A stretch of DNA of 64,000 nucleotides from a bacterium (GCA_021817945.1 JAKAFL010000003.1:33664-97663); one strand, 5' to 3'. Counted from the stretch's first letter, positions 20,982 through 30,800 are shown. The notes: generated from the letters alone by a model not told the origin. Numbers and translations are program-made.

Positions 20982-21354
20982 TTCCTTTCGAGGGACGGAT
21001 GGTGCTGCGTGGCAGACCCCGCCGGTTGTTCAATAGCCGCCCATTATGTCCTTTTACACTTTGAAGTCAAACCCTTTGAAACATTTTGAAAAGGCGCGAA
21101 TGAACGCAAATGGGGAGACACCAGCCAGCCTTTGTGGCAGACCAACAGCGCGACTGCTTGACCCGGGACCGATCGTTGCCATTCGGTTCCCTCAGAATTC
21201 GCGTCCATTGGCGTTCATTCGCGGTTCAAGGCTGCTTTTCTGGAGGCAACGTCAGTTCAATTTGCTCGCGCTCCGTATTCCACGATGTTGCGTTTGACGC
21301 GGCTGAACCCAAAATCCATCGCCGCAGACCCCCGTGGTCATTTCCAGAAAGGCT

Positions 21355-21512
21355 CTTAATGGGTGCTGACCCACAGACATTCCGCAGGTTCTTCGGTAGT
21401 GATGGAGCATTCACCCAGACAGGAGGGCAGCAGGCAAAAAGCACCCATTTTTTCAGATCCCTTGTGCGTATTGGACGGTCATGGTGCCATTGACCACGGC
21501 CAGAAAATGCAT
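21355..21512 (-). pseudogene. Duplicated fragment of the manA 3' end (last ~55 codons and stop)
   Basis: 21355-21440 is nearly identical to 28251-28336 (cttaatggg(t/c)gctgacccacagacattccgcaggttcttcggtagtgatggagc...). Similarity resumes at cgtattggacggtcatgg..cacggccag after a short indel-rich stretch. Confidence 0.75.
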
Positions 21513-21521
21513 ACCGGAATT

Positions 21522-23000
21522 TCATAGAGCCTGGTACTCCTTTGGGTCATCCCAGCCCCCACCCAGGGCTTTGATCGTCTCGATGGTGGTGATGAGTTGT
21601 TGGGAGGTCAATTGAGAGAGTTGCACTTTTGCAGCCGAGCAACCCTGGTTGAATTCCAGGACTTCCATCTGATCCGCCAGACCTGCCTCCTGACGTTTAA
21701 GGCTCAAGGCCAGATTGGCCGTGAATTCGATTACCGTGTTACGGGCGGAATCCTTCTGTTCCGAAACGCGTTGCATGGCGTTCAGACTGTTTTCCACCTC
21801 GCTATAGGCAATCAAAACCTTCTCACGATACTGCGCGAGCGTTTCGGCATAGACGGCTTTTGCACGGCTTAATTCGGCGTGATTTCTGCCACCAAGAAAA
21901 ATGGGTAACGAAACGCTTGGGCCGAAACTCCAGTCGTGACTGGTCCAGTTAAACAGTGAATCTGCGCCTGCCGATAGATAGCCACCTGATCCAGTCAAGG
22001 TGACGACGGGAAAGAAGGCAGCTTTGGCCACACCGATCCGCGCGTTGGCGGCGGCAAGGGTGCGTTCAGCCGAGGAGATATCAGGCCTGCGTTTGAGCAA
22101 TTCCGAGGGTAGTCCCGCCGGGATTGCCGGCACCACTGGATTCCATTGGTTATCCGCCAGCTTGGCCAGATGGAAAATGCTCGGGTTTTCTCCCGCCAGA
22201 ACAGCGATGGCATTTTCCAGGTTCTCACGGCGCAGTTGCAATCCTGCAAGGTTTGCTTTTGCGGCGTCCAAAGGTACTTTCTGACTGTTCAATTCTGTTT
22301 CGCTGGATATTCCATTGGAACGCAACTCCGCCTGAAGTTCGACCTCATAAATGCGATCTTTGACAATTTGCGTCTGGTCGGTGATCTGCTCATCAAGCGA
22401 GCGCAAGGTGAAGTAATCCTCCGCCAAATCAGACGATTGGGTCAGAAGCAAACCGTAATAATCCGCGTCAGACGCCTGAGCTTCGGCCCGGCCGGCTTCG
22501 AAGCTGCGTCGCACCCGGCCCCAAAGGTCCACCTCGTAGCTCAAATCCAGCGGAGTGCCAATCTGGTTGAAAGTGGCATTCGGCGGGCCAATTTTGTTTT
22601 CCTCCGAGGTGTGATAGCGCGTCCAGACTCCATGGGCGTCCACGGTGGGAAGGAGAAAACTGCGATCCACCCTTGCCGTGGCGCGGGCTTGATTCAGACG
22701 GGAAAATGCGGCCTTTAGCGTCTGGTTTTGATTGAGAAGTTTGGTCTCCAATTCATCCAACTGCCCGTCCTGATAAATCATCCACCAGGCTTGTAGTTGT
22801 ATCCTTTCAAGCAACTTTTCATGGCTCAGGTTTCCCGAATTCCCGGATTTGTAGGCGGCGGGCGAGTCATTGGTGGGAGGTTGGTAATCCGGACCGACAG
22901 TCAGCGGGCCGCCGTGAATGGATTGGCAGGCGGTCAACAGACAGGATGTGGCCAAGAGTGTTATAATTCTTCCGGTGAGGTGTTTAAAAGAGATTTTCAT
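21522..23000 (-). CDS. RND efflux outer-membrane factor lipoprotein (NodT family)
   Basis: Lipobox LLATSCLLTACQS, followed by the typical duplicated OMF coiled-coil sequence. The ATG at 23000 lies 7 nt after the RND stop. Confidence 0.9.
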   Translation of the reverse strand: MKISFKHLTGRIITLLATSCLLTACQSIHGGPLTVGPDYQPPTNDSPAAYKSGNSGNLSHEKLLERIQLQAWWMIYQDGQLDELETKLLNQNQTLKAAFSRLNQARATARVDRSFLLPTVDAHGVWTRYHTSEENKIGPPNATFNQIGTPLDLSYEVDLWGRVRRSFEAGRAEAQASDADYYGLLLTQSSDLAEDYFTLRSLDEQITDQTQIVKDRIYEVELQAELRSNGISSETELNSQKVPLDAAKANLAGLQLRRENLENAIAVLAGENPSIFHLAKLADNQWNPVVPAIPAGLPSELLKRRPDISSAERTLAAANARIGVAKAAFFPVVTLTGSGGYLSAGADSLFNWTSHDWSFGPSVSLPIFLGGRNHAELSRAKAVYAETLAQYREKVLIAYSEVENSLNAMQRVSEQKDSARNTVIEFTANLALSLKRQEAGLADQMEVLEFNQGCSAAKVQLSQLTSQQLITTIETIKALGGGWDDPKEYQAL

Positions 23001-23007
23001 GAATTGA

Positions 23008-26000
23008 TTATTTTGAGGGTTGCGCATTGATTTTGAACCAAATGGAATAAAGCGCTGGCAGAAAGAGCAATGTGATGAATGTACCGATGGCAGTGCCACC
23101 AATCAAAACATAGGCCATCGAGCCCCAGAACACCGAACGGGTCAGGGGGATAAAGGCCAGCACGGCGGCAAGAGCGGTAAGGAGCACCGGCCGGGCGCGT
23201 TGGACGGTGGCTTCGACAACGGAATTGAAGGCGGACAGGCCCGCCTCCTGATTGGTTTGAATCTGGCCGATGAGAATCAGGGTGTTGCGCATCAAGATTC
23301 CCGAGAGACCGATGAGGCCCAGGATGGCGTTGAAACCAAACGGCTGGTGAAACAGCAACAAGGTGGGCACGGTGCCGATGAGACCCAAAGGCCCGGTCAG
23401 GAACACCATCCACATCATGGACAGGGAGCGGGTTTGCACGACGATGACAAACAAAGTCATCAGGATCATGATGGGAAACAAGGGTGCGAGGGCGACATTG
23501 GCCTTTGCGGAGTCTTCGATGTTGCCGCCCATTTCAATCCGATAGCCTTGCGGCAGCCGCCCCATCAGCGGCTTGAGGCTTTGATAAATTTCAGACGAAA
23601 CCTGCGGCGGCTGGAAGCGGTCATCAATGTCGCATTCGACCGTAAAAGTGGGGATGCGGTCGCGCCGACGCATGATGGGTTCCTCCATGTCGGTCTTGAT
23701 CTGCACCAATTGGTCGAGCGAAACCGGTTTGCCCTCGCGCGTCTTCAGGGTGAAGTCGCCCAAACGGCTCGGATCCAGACGCTCCTCCCCCATGCCGCGC
23801 ACCACTACATCCACGGTGCGGACATCCTCGCGCATCTGCGTGATAGTACGGCCACTCAACAAAAATTGAAGTTGCTGGGAAACCTCCTCCGGACTCATGC
23901 CGATGGCCTCCAGCCGCTCCTTGTTGAATTGCAATTTCATGGTGGGCTGCAATTCACCCCAATCCACGTGCACGGTCTGGGCATGCGGATTGGCACGGGC
24001 AATCTGTTCCACCTGCAAGGCGAGATCGTGGGCAACCTTCAAGTCGGGCCCCATGACCCGGAAGGTCACCGGAAAATGTGAATACGGACCGAAGACCAAC
24101 TGACTGGCGCGGACGCGCGCTTCGCTGGCGAGGCCGTTTGCCGCCGCAGCCCGCAAGCGGTTTTTGAGGGCGTCACGTTGCTCGGCGCTCGGGGTCAGGA
24201 CCAGGATTTTCGCGAAGGAAGGGTCGGGCAGTTCCGGGTTGTAGGAGAAAAAGAAACGTGGTGCGCCTTGTCCTACATAGGCAGTCACAATTTTAGCCTC
24301 CGGCTGCTGTTGCAACCAGGCTTCGACCTCGCTGGTCGCCTTGCTGGTGACTTCGATGCTGCTACCCTCGGGCATCTGCACTTCAACCAATACCTCCGGG
24401 CGGTCGCTGTTCGGGAAGAACTGCTTTTTGACCAGCGTCATCCCCAGGCCCGCGACCAGAAATATGGCGATCACGCTGAACAGCACTTTGAACTTGTGGG
24501 TCACGGTCCAGACAATGACCTCGCGGAGCTTCTGGTAACGGGGGGTGTTGTAGATGGCCTCATGTCCACCGGCGGTCGCCTTAATGTGCGGCAACATTTT
24601 CACGCCCAGGTAAGGAATAAAGAGAACGGCGACGAACCACGAGATCAGGAGCGCAAAACCCACGATCCAAAAAATGTTCCCGGCGTATTCCCCGGCGGTG
24701 GAGCGGGCGAAGCCAACGGGGATAAAGCCAATGATGGTCACGAACGTGCCAGCCAGCATGGGGGCCGCCGTGCTGGTCCAGGCCTGCGACGCCGCCTTGA
24801 TCCGGTCCATTCCTTCGTGCAGCTTCACGACCATGATCTCGATGGCGATGATCGCGTCGTCCACCAGCAACCCCAAAGCGATGATCATTGCACCCAGGGT
24901 GATGCGGTCGAAAACGCGGCCGGTGAGCATCATCACGACGAACACCCCGGCGAGCGTCAGGGGAACTGCCGTCGCCACCACGATGCCAACACGCCAGCCG
25001 AGGCTCACCAGACTCACGACCATGATCACCCCCAGCGCAACAAAGAATTTGAGCATGAATTCGTCCACGGATTCACGAATGTTGACGGCCTGATCGCAGA
25101 TTTTAGTGAAACTAACCGTCGCCGGGAGGGTGGCTTTGACATCCTGCTCGAATTTGTCCAGCGCCTTCCCCAGGGTCAGCCCATTCCAACCTTCTTTCAT
25201 GACGACACTCAAGACCATGCATGGATCGCCATTGTTGCGGATGAGAAATGTGGCGGGATCCTCGTAGCCACGCGTGATTTCTGCGATGTCCCCCAGCTTG
25301 ATGGTCCTGCCCTGCGAGGAAACGGGCGTGTTGGCCACCGTTTCCTCGTCGGTGAACCCAGCATCCACACGCACGAATACCTGCGGTCCGTCCGTGTCAA
25401 TCGAACCGGCGGGAGTCAGTTGGTTTTGGCGGTTCAGCGACTCGAACACATCATTGGGGCTGATGCCCAACTCCGCGAGCCGCGCATAGTTGAAATCCAC
25501 AAAAATCTTTTCCGGACGTTCCCCCAGAATCTGCACCTTTTTCACCCCGGCGACATGCAAGAGTTGTTCGCGGAGATCCTCGCTGTAACGGGTCAGGGCG
25601 CGCGGCTGCAGTTCCTTGCCCTTCACGGCATAGACCGCGAACGAGACATCGGAATATTCGTCGTTGATAAACGGGCCGGCCACTCCCGCCGGCAGGTTGT
25701 GCGCTTCATCACCGAGCTTCTTCCGCGCCTGGTAGAACTCCGATTGGACCACGGACGGCGGCGTGCTATCCTTCAAAAACAACGTCATCAGCGCCAACCC
25801 TGGACGCGTGAAGGTTTCGACGCGGTCATAATACTGAAGTTCCTGGAGACGCTTTTCGAGCGGGTCAGCCACGAGGTTCTGCATGGTTTCGGCGGTGGCA
25901 CCCGGCCAGACGGCGGTAACCGTAAGGACCTTGATGGTAAAGGCCGGATCCTCGGCTCTTCCGATTTTGAGGAAGGCAAACACACCGGCAGCGACCAGGG

Positions 26001-26067
26001 CGACGATGACAAACAGGGTGATGGCCCGTTCACGGACGGCCCACGCGGATAGGTTGGGGAATTTCAT
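23008..26067 (-). CDS. RND efflux transporter permease (AcrB/HAE1-like)
   Basis: About 1020 aa. The N-terminus MKFPNLSAWAVRERAITLFVIVALVAAG is followed by a 12-TM RND architecture and ...VVEATVQRARPVLLTALAAVLAFIPL. Confidence 0.95.
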   Translation of the reverse strand: MKFPNLSAWAVRERAITLFVIVALVAAGVFAFLKIGRAEDPAFTIKVLTVTAVWPGATAETMQNLVADPLEKRLQELQYYDRVETFTRPGLALMTLFLKDSTPPSVVQSEFYQARKKLGDEAHNLPAGVAGPFINDEYSDVSFAVYAVKGKELQPRALTRYSEDLREQLLHVAGVKKVQILGERPEKIFVDFNYARLAELGISPNDVFESLNRQNQLTPAGSIDTDGPQVFVRVDAGFTDEETVANTPVSSQGRTIKLGDIAEITRGYEDPATFLIRNNGDPCMVLSVVMKEGWNGLTLGKALDKFEQDVKATLPATVSFTKICDQAVNIRESVDEFMLKFFVALGVIMVVSLVSLGWRVGIVVATAVPLTLAGVFVVMMLTGRVFDRITLGAMIIALGLLVDDAIIAIEIMVVKLHEGMDRIKAASQAWTSTAAPMLAGTFVTIIGFIPVGFARSTAGEYAGNIFWIVGFALLISWFVAVLFIPYLGVKMLPHIKATAGGHEAIYNTPRYQKLREVIVWTVTHKFKVLFSVIAIFLVAGLGMTLVKKQFFPNSDRPEVLVEVQMPEGSSIEVTSKATSEVEAWLQQQPEAKIVTAYVGQGAPRFFFSYNPELPDPSFAKILVLTPSAEQRDALKNRLRAAAANGLASEARVRASQLVFGPYSHFPVTFRVMGPDLKVAHDLALQVEQIARANPHAQTVHVDWGELQPTMKLQFNKERLEAIGMSPEEVSQQLQFLLSGRTITQMREDVRTVDVVVRGMGEERLDPSRLGDFTLKTREGKPVSLDQLVQIKTDMEEPIMRRRDRIPTFTVECDIDDRFQPPQVSSEIYQSLKPLMGRLPQGYRIEMGGNIEDSAKANVALAPLFPIMILMTLFVIVVQTRSLSMMWMVFLTGPLGLIGTVPTLLLFHQPFGFNAILGLIGLSGILMRNTLILIGQIQTNQEAGLSAFNSVVEATVQRARPVLLTALAAVLAFIPLTRSVFWGSMAYVLIGGTAIGTFITLLFLPALYSIWFKINAQPSK

Positions 26068-26077
26068 GGGATATTTT

Positions 26078-27238
26078 TTAATTGATGGCTGCGTTGATTT
26101 TTTGACCGTCATTGAGGCGATGGGCGCCGGCGGAAACAATCAGTTCGCTCTGATTTAGCCCCCTAGAAATCACGGCTTCATTTTCCGTGATCCGCACGAT
26201 GTTGACGGCACGGGCTGAAACCATGGAACTGCTTGGATCAAAAATCCACACGGCGTATCCCTGGCCACGATTGATGATTGCACTTAATGGCACCTGGAAA
26301 GCACTGGATTTGCGTGACAACTTGATTGTCACAGTCGCCCCCAATCTGGCGCCTGCAGGATTCTCATCAATGGGAAACCTCGCTTCAAACGTCCGCAGCA
26401 CCGGGTCGGCCTGGGCAGCCAACTGGCGGAGATGGGCTTTCAAGGGAGTCGCCTCGTCGTCTCCGAGGTATGCCGTCGCCGTCGTCTCCGGCTCAAGTTT
26501 ATAAGATTCGGGTAGATCAACCACCGCTTCACGCGTGTCGTTGAAAGCGAGGGTGACAACCGGCTGGCCGGCCGGAACAACCTGGCCCGGTTCGGCCAGG
26601 GTATCAACGACCACGCCATCCTCCTCGGCGTAAATGGTGGTATAGCTGCGGGCATTGTCCGCGATCTCCTGCTGCGCCTGGGCGGCGATTTCATTGGCGG
26701 CACTGGCATCGGCGGCGGCCTTGGCGGCGTCAAAACGCTGCTGTGAGACAGCGCCATCACCTATTACTCCGGCAAACCGCGCTTGATCTGCTTGCGTTTG
26801 AATCTTGATCGCTTCGGAGGCGTGCATCTGTTGATCGGCCACCGTTGCGCTCAAGGTATAATCCGTAGCGTCAAGGCTCATCAGCGGATCGCCTTTTTTA
26901 ACGGTTTGCCCCTTGTCCACGAACCTTTTCACCACCTTGCCGGCCACGCGGAAACCCATGGGCGTCAGGACGCGGGCTTGAATGGTACCGGTAAAGGTGG
27001 AATCGAGGCTGGCTACCGGTTGCACCCTGGCCACCGGTATGGTTTGCACGGCGGCACGCGGATCAGTCGCAGCCTTGCCATTGGCAAAGGCGTGCAAGAC
27101 TTCCACCGCAGTCACGAAAAATCCGATGACCGCCAATGAATAGACAATCGTGCGCCCATGCGAAAAATGGTTGGATGAAGTCGTGCCGGCCGGGCTGTCA
27201 CCGTCTGGCGTTCCTGATGTGTCCTGGTTCTGATTCAT
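26078..27238 (-). CDS. RND efflux periplasmic adaptor (membrane fusion protein)
   Basis: N-terminal TM anchor, lipoyl/hairpin region (GDPLMSLDATDY...) and beta-barrel C-terminus. I prefer the ATG at 27238 because the GTG/ATG starts at 27268/27262 fall inside an operator-like palindrome. Confidence 0.9.
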   Translation of the reverse strand: MNQNQDTSGTPDGDSPAGTTSSNHFSHGRTIVYSLAVIGFFVTAVEVLHAFANGKAATDPRAAVQTIPVARVQPVASLDSTFTGTIQARVLTPMGFRVAGKVVKRFVDKGQTVKKGDPLMSLDATDYTLSATVADQQMHASEAIKIQTQADQARFAGVIGDGAVSQQRFDAAKAAADASAANEIAAQAQQEIADNARSYTTIYAEEDGVVVDTLAEPGQVVPAGQPVVTLAFNDTREAVVDLPESYKLEPETTATAYLGDDEATPLKAHLRQLAAQADPVLRTFEARFPIDENPAGARLGATVTIKLSRKSSAFQVPLSAIINRGQGYAVWIFDPSSSMVSARAVNIVRITENEAVISRGLNQSELIVSAGAHRLNDGQKINAAIN

Positions 27239-27255
27239 AATTATTTTTTGTTTGT

Positions 27256-27269
27256 AGTGCATATACACT
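27256..27269. promoter_or_regulatory. Operator-like imperfect palindrome upstream of the MFP gene
   Basis: AGTGCATATACACT (one mismatched pair). It shares the core AAAGTGTATAT(A/G)CAC with the perfect palindrome at 27757-27774. Confidence 0.45.
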
Positions 27270-27314
27270 TTCTAGGTTGTGTTTCAGTCGTTTGTTTTTT
27301 GATCGGTTAAAATT

Positions 27315-27737
27315 TCAGTTTTTGATGTTCTCCGCCGCTGTCCTCAACTTGTCCAACAGGTCTGCCCACTTCTCCTCGCCCAGCGTCTTTACGATTCTGT
27401 CCTGCGCCGCCCGCCATGCCGGGGTAAACTTCTCCACCTGTTTGCGGCCTTTCTCCGTGATGCTGACCTCCACCTGGACGCCATGGCCGCCACCGCTGCT
27501 TTTCAAAAGGCCATCGCGTTCCAAGGGCCGCAGGTTGCGGACCAGGGTGGTGCGATCCATCCCCAGCCACTCACTCAACTCAACCATCGTCCAGGATTCG
27601 CGGGCGCACAGCGCCTGCAAGATGGGCGTCTGAGTGGAGCGGATACCCTGCCGCCGCAACTCAGAGTCATACTGTTGCGTGATGATCCGCGTCACCCGCC
27701 GCAGATTGAAGCAGACGCAATTTGTCATCACGGTCAT
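27315..27737 (-). CDS. MarR family transcriptional regulator
   Basis: CVCFNLRRVTRIITQQYDSELRRQGIRSTQTPILQAL...WTMVELSEWLGMDRTTLVRNLRPLERDGLL is a winged-HTH MarR pattern. The start is uncertain (ATG at 27755, 27737 or 27728). Confidence 0.85.
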   Translation of the reverse strand: MTVMTNCVCFNLRRVTRIITQQYDSELRRQGIRSTQTPILQALCARESWTMVELSEWLGMDRTTLVRNLRPLERDGLLKSSGGGHGVQVEVSITEKGRKQVEKFTPAWRAAQDRIVKTLGEEKWADLLDKLRTAAENIKN

Positions 27738-27756
27738 GTCACGTTTAACTGTCATT

Positions 27757-27774
27757 AAAGTGTATATACACTTT
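27757..27774. promoter_or_regulatory. Perfect 18-bp palindrome immediately upstream of marR (putative MarR operator)
   Basis: AAAGTGTATATACACTTT is its own reverse complement. Confidence 0.5.
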
Positions 27775-27879
27775 TCACAACCCCTTGTCAACGGTTTTTT
27801 GAACAATTATTGTAATTGTCTGCTCGGGCCCGTGACTTTGCGGTCTTTATTGCCCATAAATCATGGCCAATGCGGCCTC

Positions 27880-28212
27880 AGCGATGCATTGGGACGCCGG
27901 GATAGCAAAAAACCTCATCCATCATGGGAACAACTCAAGCTGCCCTATGTGGTGGTGGCCCAGTTGAGCCAGCCCATTCAGAAACTCATCAAAGGCGATT
28001 TGATTTGGACCGCGACCGAGGTGCCAGGGACGGAAGTGGCCCAGCTCGAATATCAGGCGATGAGCTGGCCGCATCCGCGGCGGCTGGTGTTGCTGCGGCA
28101 TTGCTTCAGCAACCAGGAGGAACGCGACCGGTGGCCACTTTTCTGGGAAAAAATTTTGTCCCCCTTCCCCAACTGCAATGCAGTCGAAAACCAACCCACT
28201 TTCACCGCCTGA
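27880..28212 (+). pseudogene. Internal fragment of a DDE transposase (IS4/IS1380-like); IS remnant
   Basis: The C-terminal part of ORF 27634..28212 reads ...RRDSKKPHPSWEQLKLPYVVVAQLSQPIQKLIKGDLIWTATEVPGTEVAQLEYQAMSWPHPRRLVLLRH. This matches my memory of the '...ADSGF..PYVI.ARLT...W...G.EVAE..YQA.SW...RR.V..R' block of these transposases. No N-terminal or C-terminal catalytic parts and no inverted repeats were seen. Confidence 0.5.
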
Positions 28213-28251
28213 ATCAAGGTGGAAAATCAGTTTCTACTGAATGGATTCGGC

Positions 28252-29229
28252 TTAATGGGCGCTGACCCACAGACATTCCGCAGGTTCTTCGGTAGTGATG
28301 GAGCTTTCACCCAGACAGGAGGGCAGCAGGCAAAAATCCCCTTTTCTTAACTGTTCCCTCCCGTGGGCGTATTGGACGGTCATGGCACCGCTGGTCACGG
28401 CCAGTATTTGCATGCCGCAATCCGGGGTTGGGTGGGTGGCTTGCGCCGGAAAACGCCACAAATACACATCAAACAGCGGATCGCGCACCAGTTCGCGCAC
28501 CTGAATCTGGCCATGGTTTTTGACAGTGGTGGAAACCAGTTTAGGCTCGAAATCCCCAAAATCAATGCTCGCGAGCGACTCAGGAATATGCAGGTCCCGG
28601 GGACGTCCATCCAATCCCTTTCGGTTCCAATCAAAAACCCGGTAGGTGGTGTCTGAGTTCTGTTGAATTTCGAAGATCACCAAACCGGCCCCGATGGCAT
28701 GCACGCGTCCGCTGGGCAAAAACAAGGTGTCTCCCTGCGTAACGGCTATCTTGTGGAAACAATCGGCCACGGTGCCATCCGCAATTTTTCGCTCAAATTC
28801 ACTTTTGGTGACACCGTTTTTCAGCCCTGCATACAATTCGGCGTTTGGGGCGGCATGGGCGATGTACCACATTTCCGTTTTAGGCTCGCCACCCAGTTCC
28901 ACAGCCTTGGACTTGGGCGGATGGACTTGGAGCGAAAGCTTGTCCCGGGCATCCAGAATTTTACAAAGCAATGGAAACCGCCCCTCCGGCGTCGGGCAGG
29001 CCTTGCCCAAAAGTTCAGCCGGACGATGTTCCATGAGCCACCTCAAACTTTTCCCCGCCATCGGCCCATTTCGCACCACGCTCTCATCCCCTGGCCTGTC
29101 CGAAATTTCCCAGGATTCCCCCGTGGGACCATCATGCGGAATGCTTTTTTGGTAAAGATGAAACAGTTCGTGCCCGCCCCAAACGCGATCTTTGAACCGT
29201 GGCTCAAATATAAAAGGATGCATCTTCAT
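28252..29229 (-). CDS. manA: Mannose-6-phosphate isomerase, class I
   Basis: FIFEPRFKDRVWGG, GESWEISDRP, LSLQVHP, KTEMWYI and LPSGRVHAIG (cupin metal-site pattern of type I PMI). Confidence 0.9.
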   Translation of the reverse strand: MKMHPFIFEPRFKDRVWGGHELFHLYQKSIPHDGPTGESWEISDRPGDESVVRNGPMAGKSLRWLMEHRPAELLGKACPTPEGRFPLLCKILDARDKLSLQVHPPKSKAVELGGEPKTEMWYIAHAAPNAELYAGLKNGVTKSEFERKIADGTVADCFHKIAVTQGDTLFLPSGRVHAIGAGLVIFEIQQNSDTTYRVFDWNRKGLDGRPRDLHIPESLASIDFGDFEPKLVSTTVKNHGQIQVRELVRDPLFDVYLWRFPAQATHPTPDCGMQILAVTSGAMTVQYAHGREQLRKGDFCLLPSCLGESSITTEEPAECLWVSAH

Positions 29230-29261
29230 TGGAAGGTTGCTTAAAAGGATGACAGAACCGA

Positions 29262-30263
29262 TCAGACAGGAGCAAGAGGCGTTGCCAGCGCCGTGGGCTT
29301 GGTTTCCTCCAGGAACTGGCCATGAGCGCGAAATTTTTTGTACCGTGCCTTGTGCAGGTCGTCCACGGTCATTCCTTGCAAGGATTCCAGGTTATGCAGC
29401 AAGTGGGCCTTGAGGTTGGCGGCTGTTCCGGCCGGGTCCGTGTGCGCGCCACCCAAGGGTTCCGGGATGATTTCATCCACCAGCTTTAGCTCGAGCAAAT
29501 CCTTGGCGGTGATCTTCAGTGCGGCCGCAGCCTTGGCGGTGTTGGCGCGGTCTTTCCAGAGAATGGCAGCACAACCCTCGGGACTGATCACCGAGTAGTA
29601 GGCATTTTCTAAAATCAAAACGCGGTCGGCCACGCCTATTCCCAACGCGCCGCCGGAGCCACCCTCACCAATGATGGCGGCAATAATGGGCACCTCCAGA
29701 AGGGTCATTTCACGCAGATTAACGGCAATGGCTTCGGATATATGGCGTTCTTCCGCAGCCACGCCGGGATAAGCTCCCGCCGTGTCTATAAGGGTGATGA
29801 CGGGAAGCCCAAATTTGGCCGCCAACCGCATCAAACGCAACGCCTTGCGATACCCCTCAGGATGAGCCGACCCGAAATTTCTGAGGATGTTTTCCTTGGT
29901 ATCCCTTCCTTTTTGGGTGCCTATGACCATGACCGGGTGCGATCCCAGGCGCGCAAAACCTCCCACCATGGCCCGATCCTCGGCAAAAAGCCGGTCCCCA
30001 TGCAATTCTTGAAAATCTGAAAAAGCATGGTGAATGTAATCCAATGTGTAAGGGCGCTTGGGATGCCTGGCCAATTGAATCCGCTGCCAGGGTGTGAGGT
30101 TCTGAAATATCTGGCGCCGCGTTTCCTCCAGCTTTTTCTCAATCAGTTTGAATTCCTCCTCAAAACTAACTCCCAAAGAATGCTTCCCAGGCTGAGCCCG
30201 CAGCTCCTCAAGCTTGTTCTGCAGTTCGATGATCGGTTTCTCGAAATCGAGCTGATGTTTCAT
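29262..30263 (-). CDS. accA: Acetyl-CoA carboxylase carboxyltransferase alpha subunit
   Basis: MKHQLDFEKPIIELQNKLEELR...HPKRPYTLDY...GDRLFAEDRAMVGG...DTAGAYPG...GEGGSGGAL. Confidence 0.95.
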   Translation of the reverse strand: MKHQLDFEKPIIELQNKLEELRAQPGKHSLGVSFEEEFKLIEKKLEETRRQIFQNLTPWQRIQLARHPKRPYTLDYIHHAFSDFQELHGDRLFAEDRAMVGGFARLGSHPVMVIGTQKGRDTKENILRNFGSAHPEGYRKALRLMRLAAKFGLPVITLIDTAGAYPGVAAEERHISEAIAVNLREMTLLEVPIIAAIIGEGGSGGALGIGVADRVLILENAYYSVISPEGCAAILWKDRANTAKAAAALKITAKDLLELKLVDEIIPEPLGGAHTDPAGTAANLKAHLLHNLESLQGMTVDDLHKARYKKFRAHGQFLEETKPTALATPLAPV

Positions 30264-30467
30264 GACAGACCATCGTATCTAATTCCGACTTGGAAGCAAC
30301 TTCATTTCACAGGATTGTTCAATATCCATCCACCCTCAAAATCACATCTAATCAATTGATGGACATTGTATTACGCAATTCCGAGCACATTTTGCGCCTG
30401 GCTGAAAACCCATTAAACCTATTTCCATTGCCGGAGATATCCACAGGATGGGCAAACCGGGCTTTTC

Positions 30468-30629
30468 ACCCGAAAAGCGAAATTGAAAAGGACAAGATAC
30501 GGCAAGATGCCGAAGCGGAAACTCTTCTGAAAAATCGAAACCCTACCCACAGCGGTCTGGTGAGATTTTTCCAAAGAGTTTGCGCCCAGTAGATTGGCGC
30601 AGATTGGCCTTTGAATTTTGTTTTTCGGG
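30468..30629 (+). repeat. Palindromic dispersed repeat, copy B
   Basis: acccgaaaagcgaaattgaaaagg...cctttgaattttgtttttcggg. It lies upstream of accA. Confidence 0.85.
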
Positions 30630-30800
30630 TCGAATGGCGAAACACGAGGAAGGAAAACGCGCCTGCCATGCACTTTCCCTGCACTGCGCCGTTTCGCATC
30701 CCAAGCCAGTATCCCAGTTGGATTTGCAGGTCAACCCTGTCAGGTCAAACTGGGGTGGGATTTGTCGGGCAGGCATAAAAACAACCAGGCTGGAAATAAA

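Noticed and set aside
21226-21525. 99-aa minus-strand ORF downstream of the OMF gene
   Set aside because: It reads through the duplicated manA 3' fragment in a disrupted frame. I interpret it as a pseudogene remnant, not a gene.
23020-26052. 353-aa and 624-aa plus-strand ORFs opposite the RND permease
   Set aside because: They are low-complexity H/R/G/D-rich translations. The opposite strand encodes a canonical AcrB-like protein.
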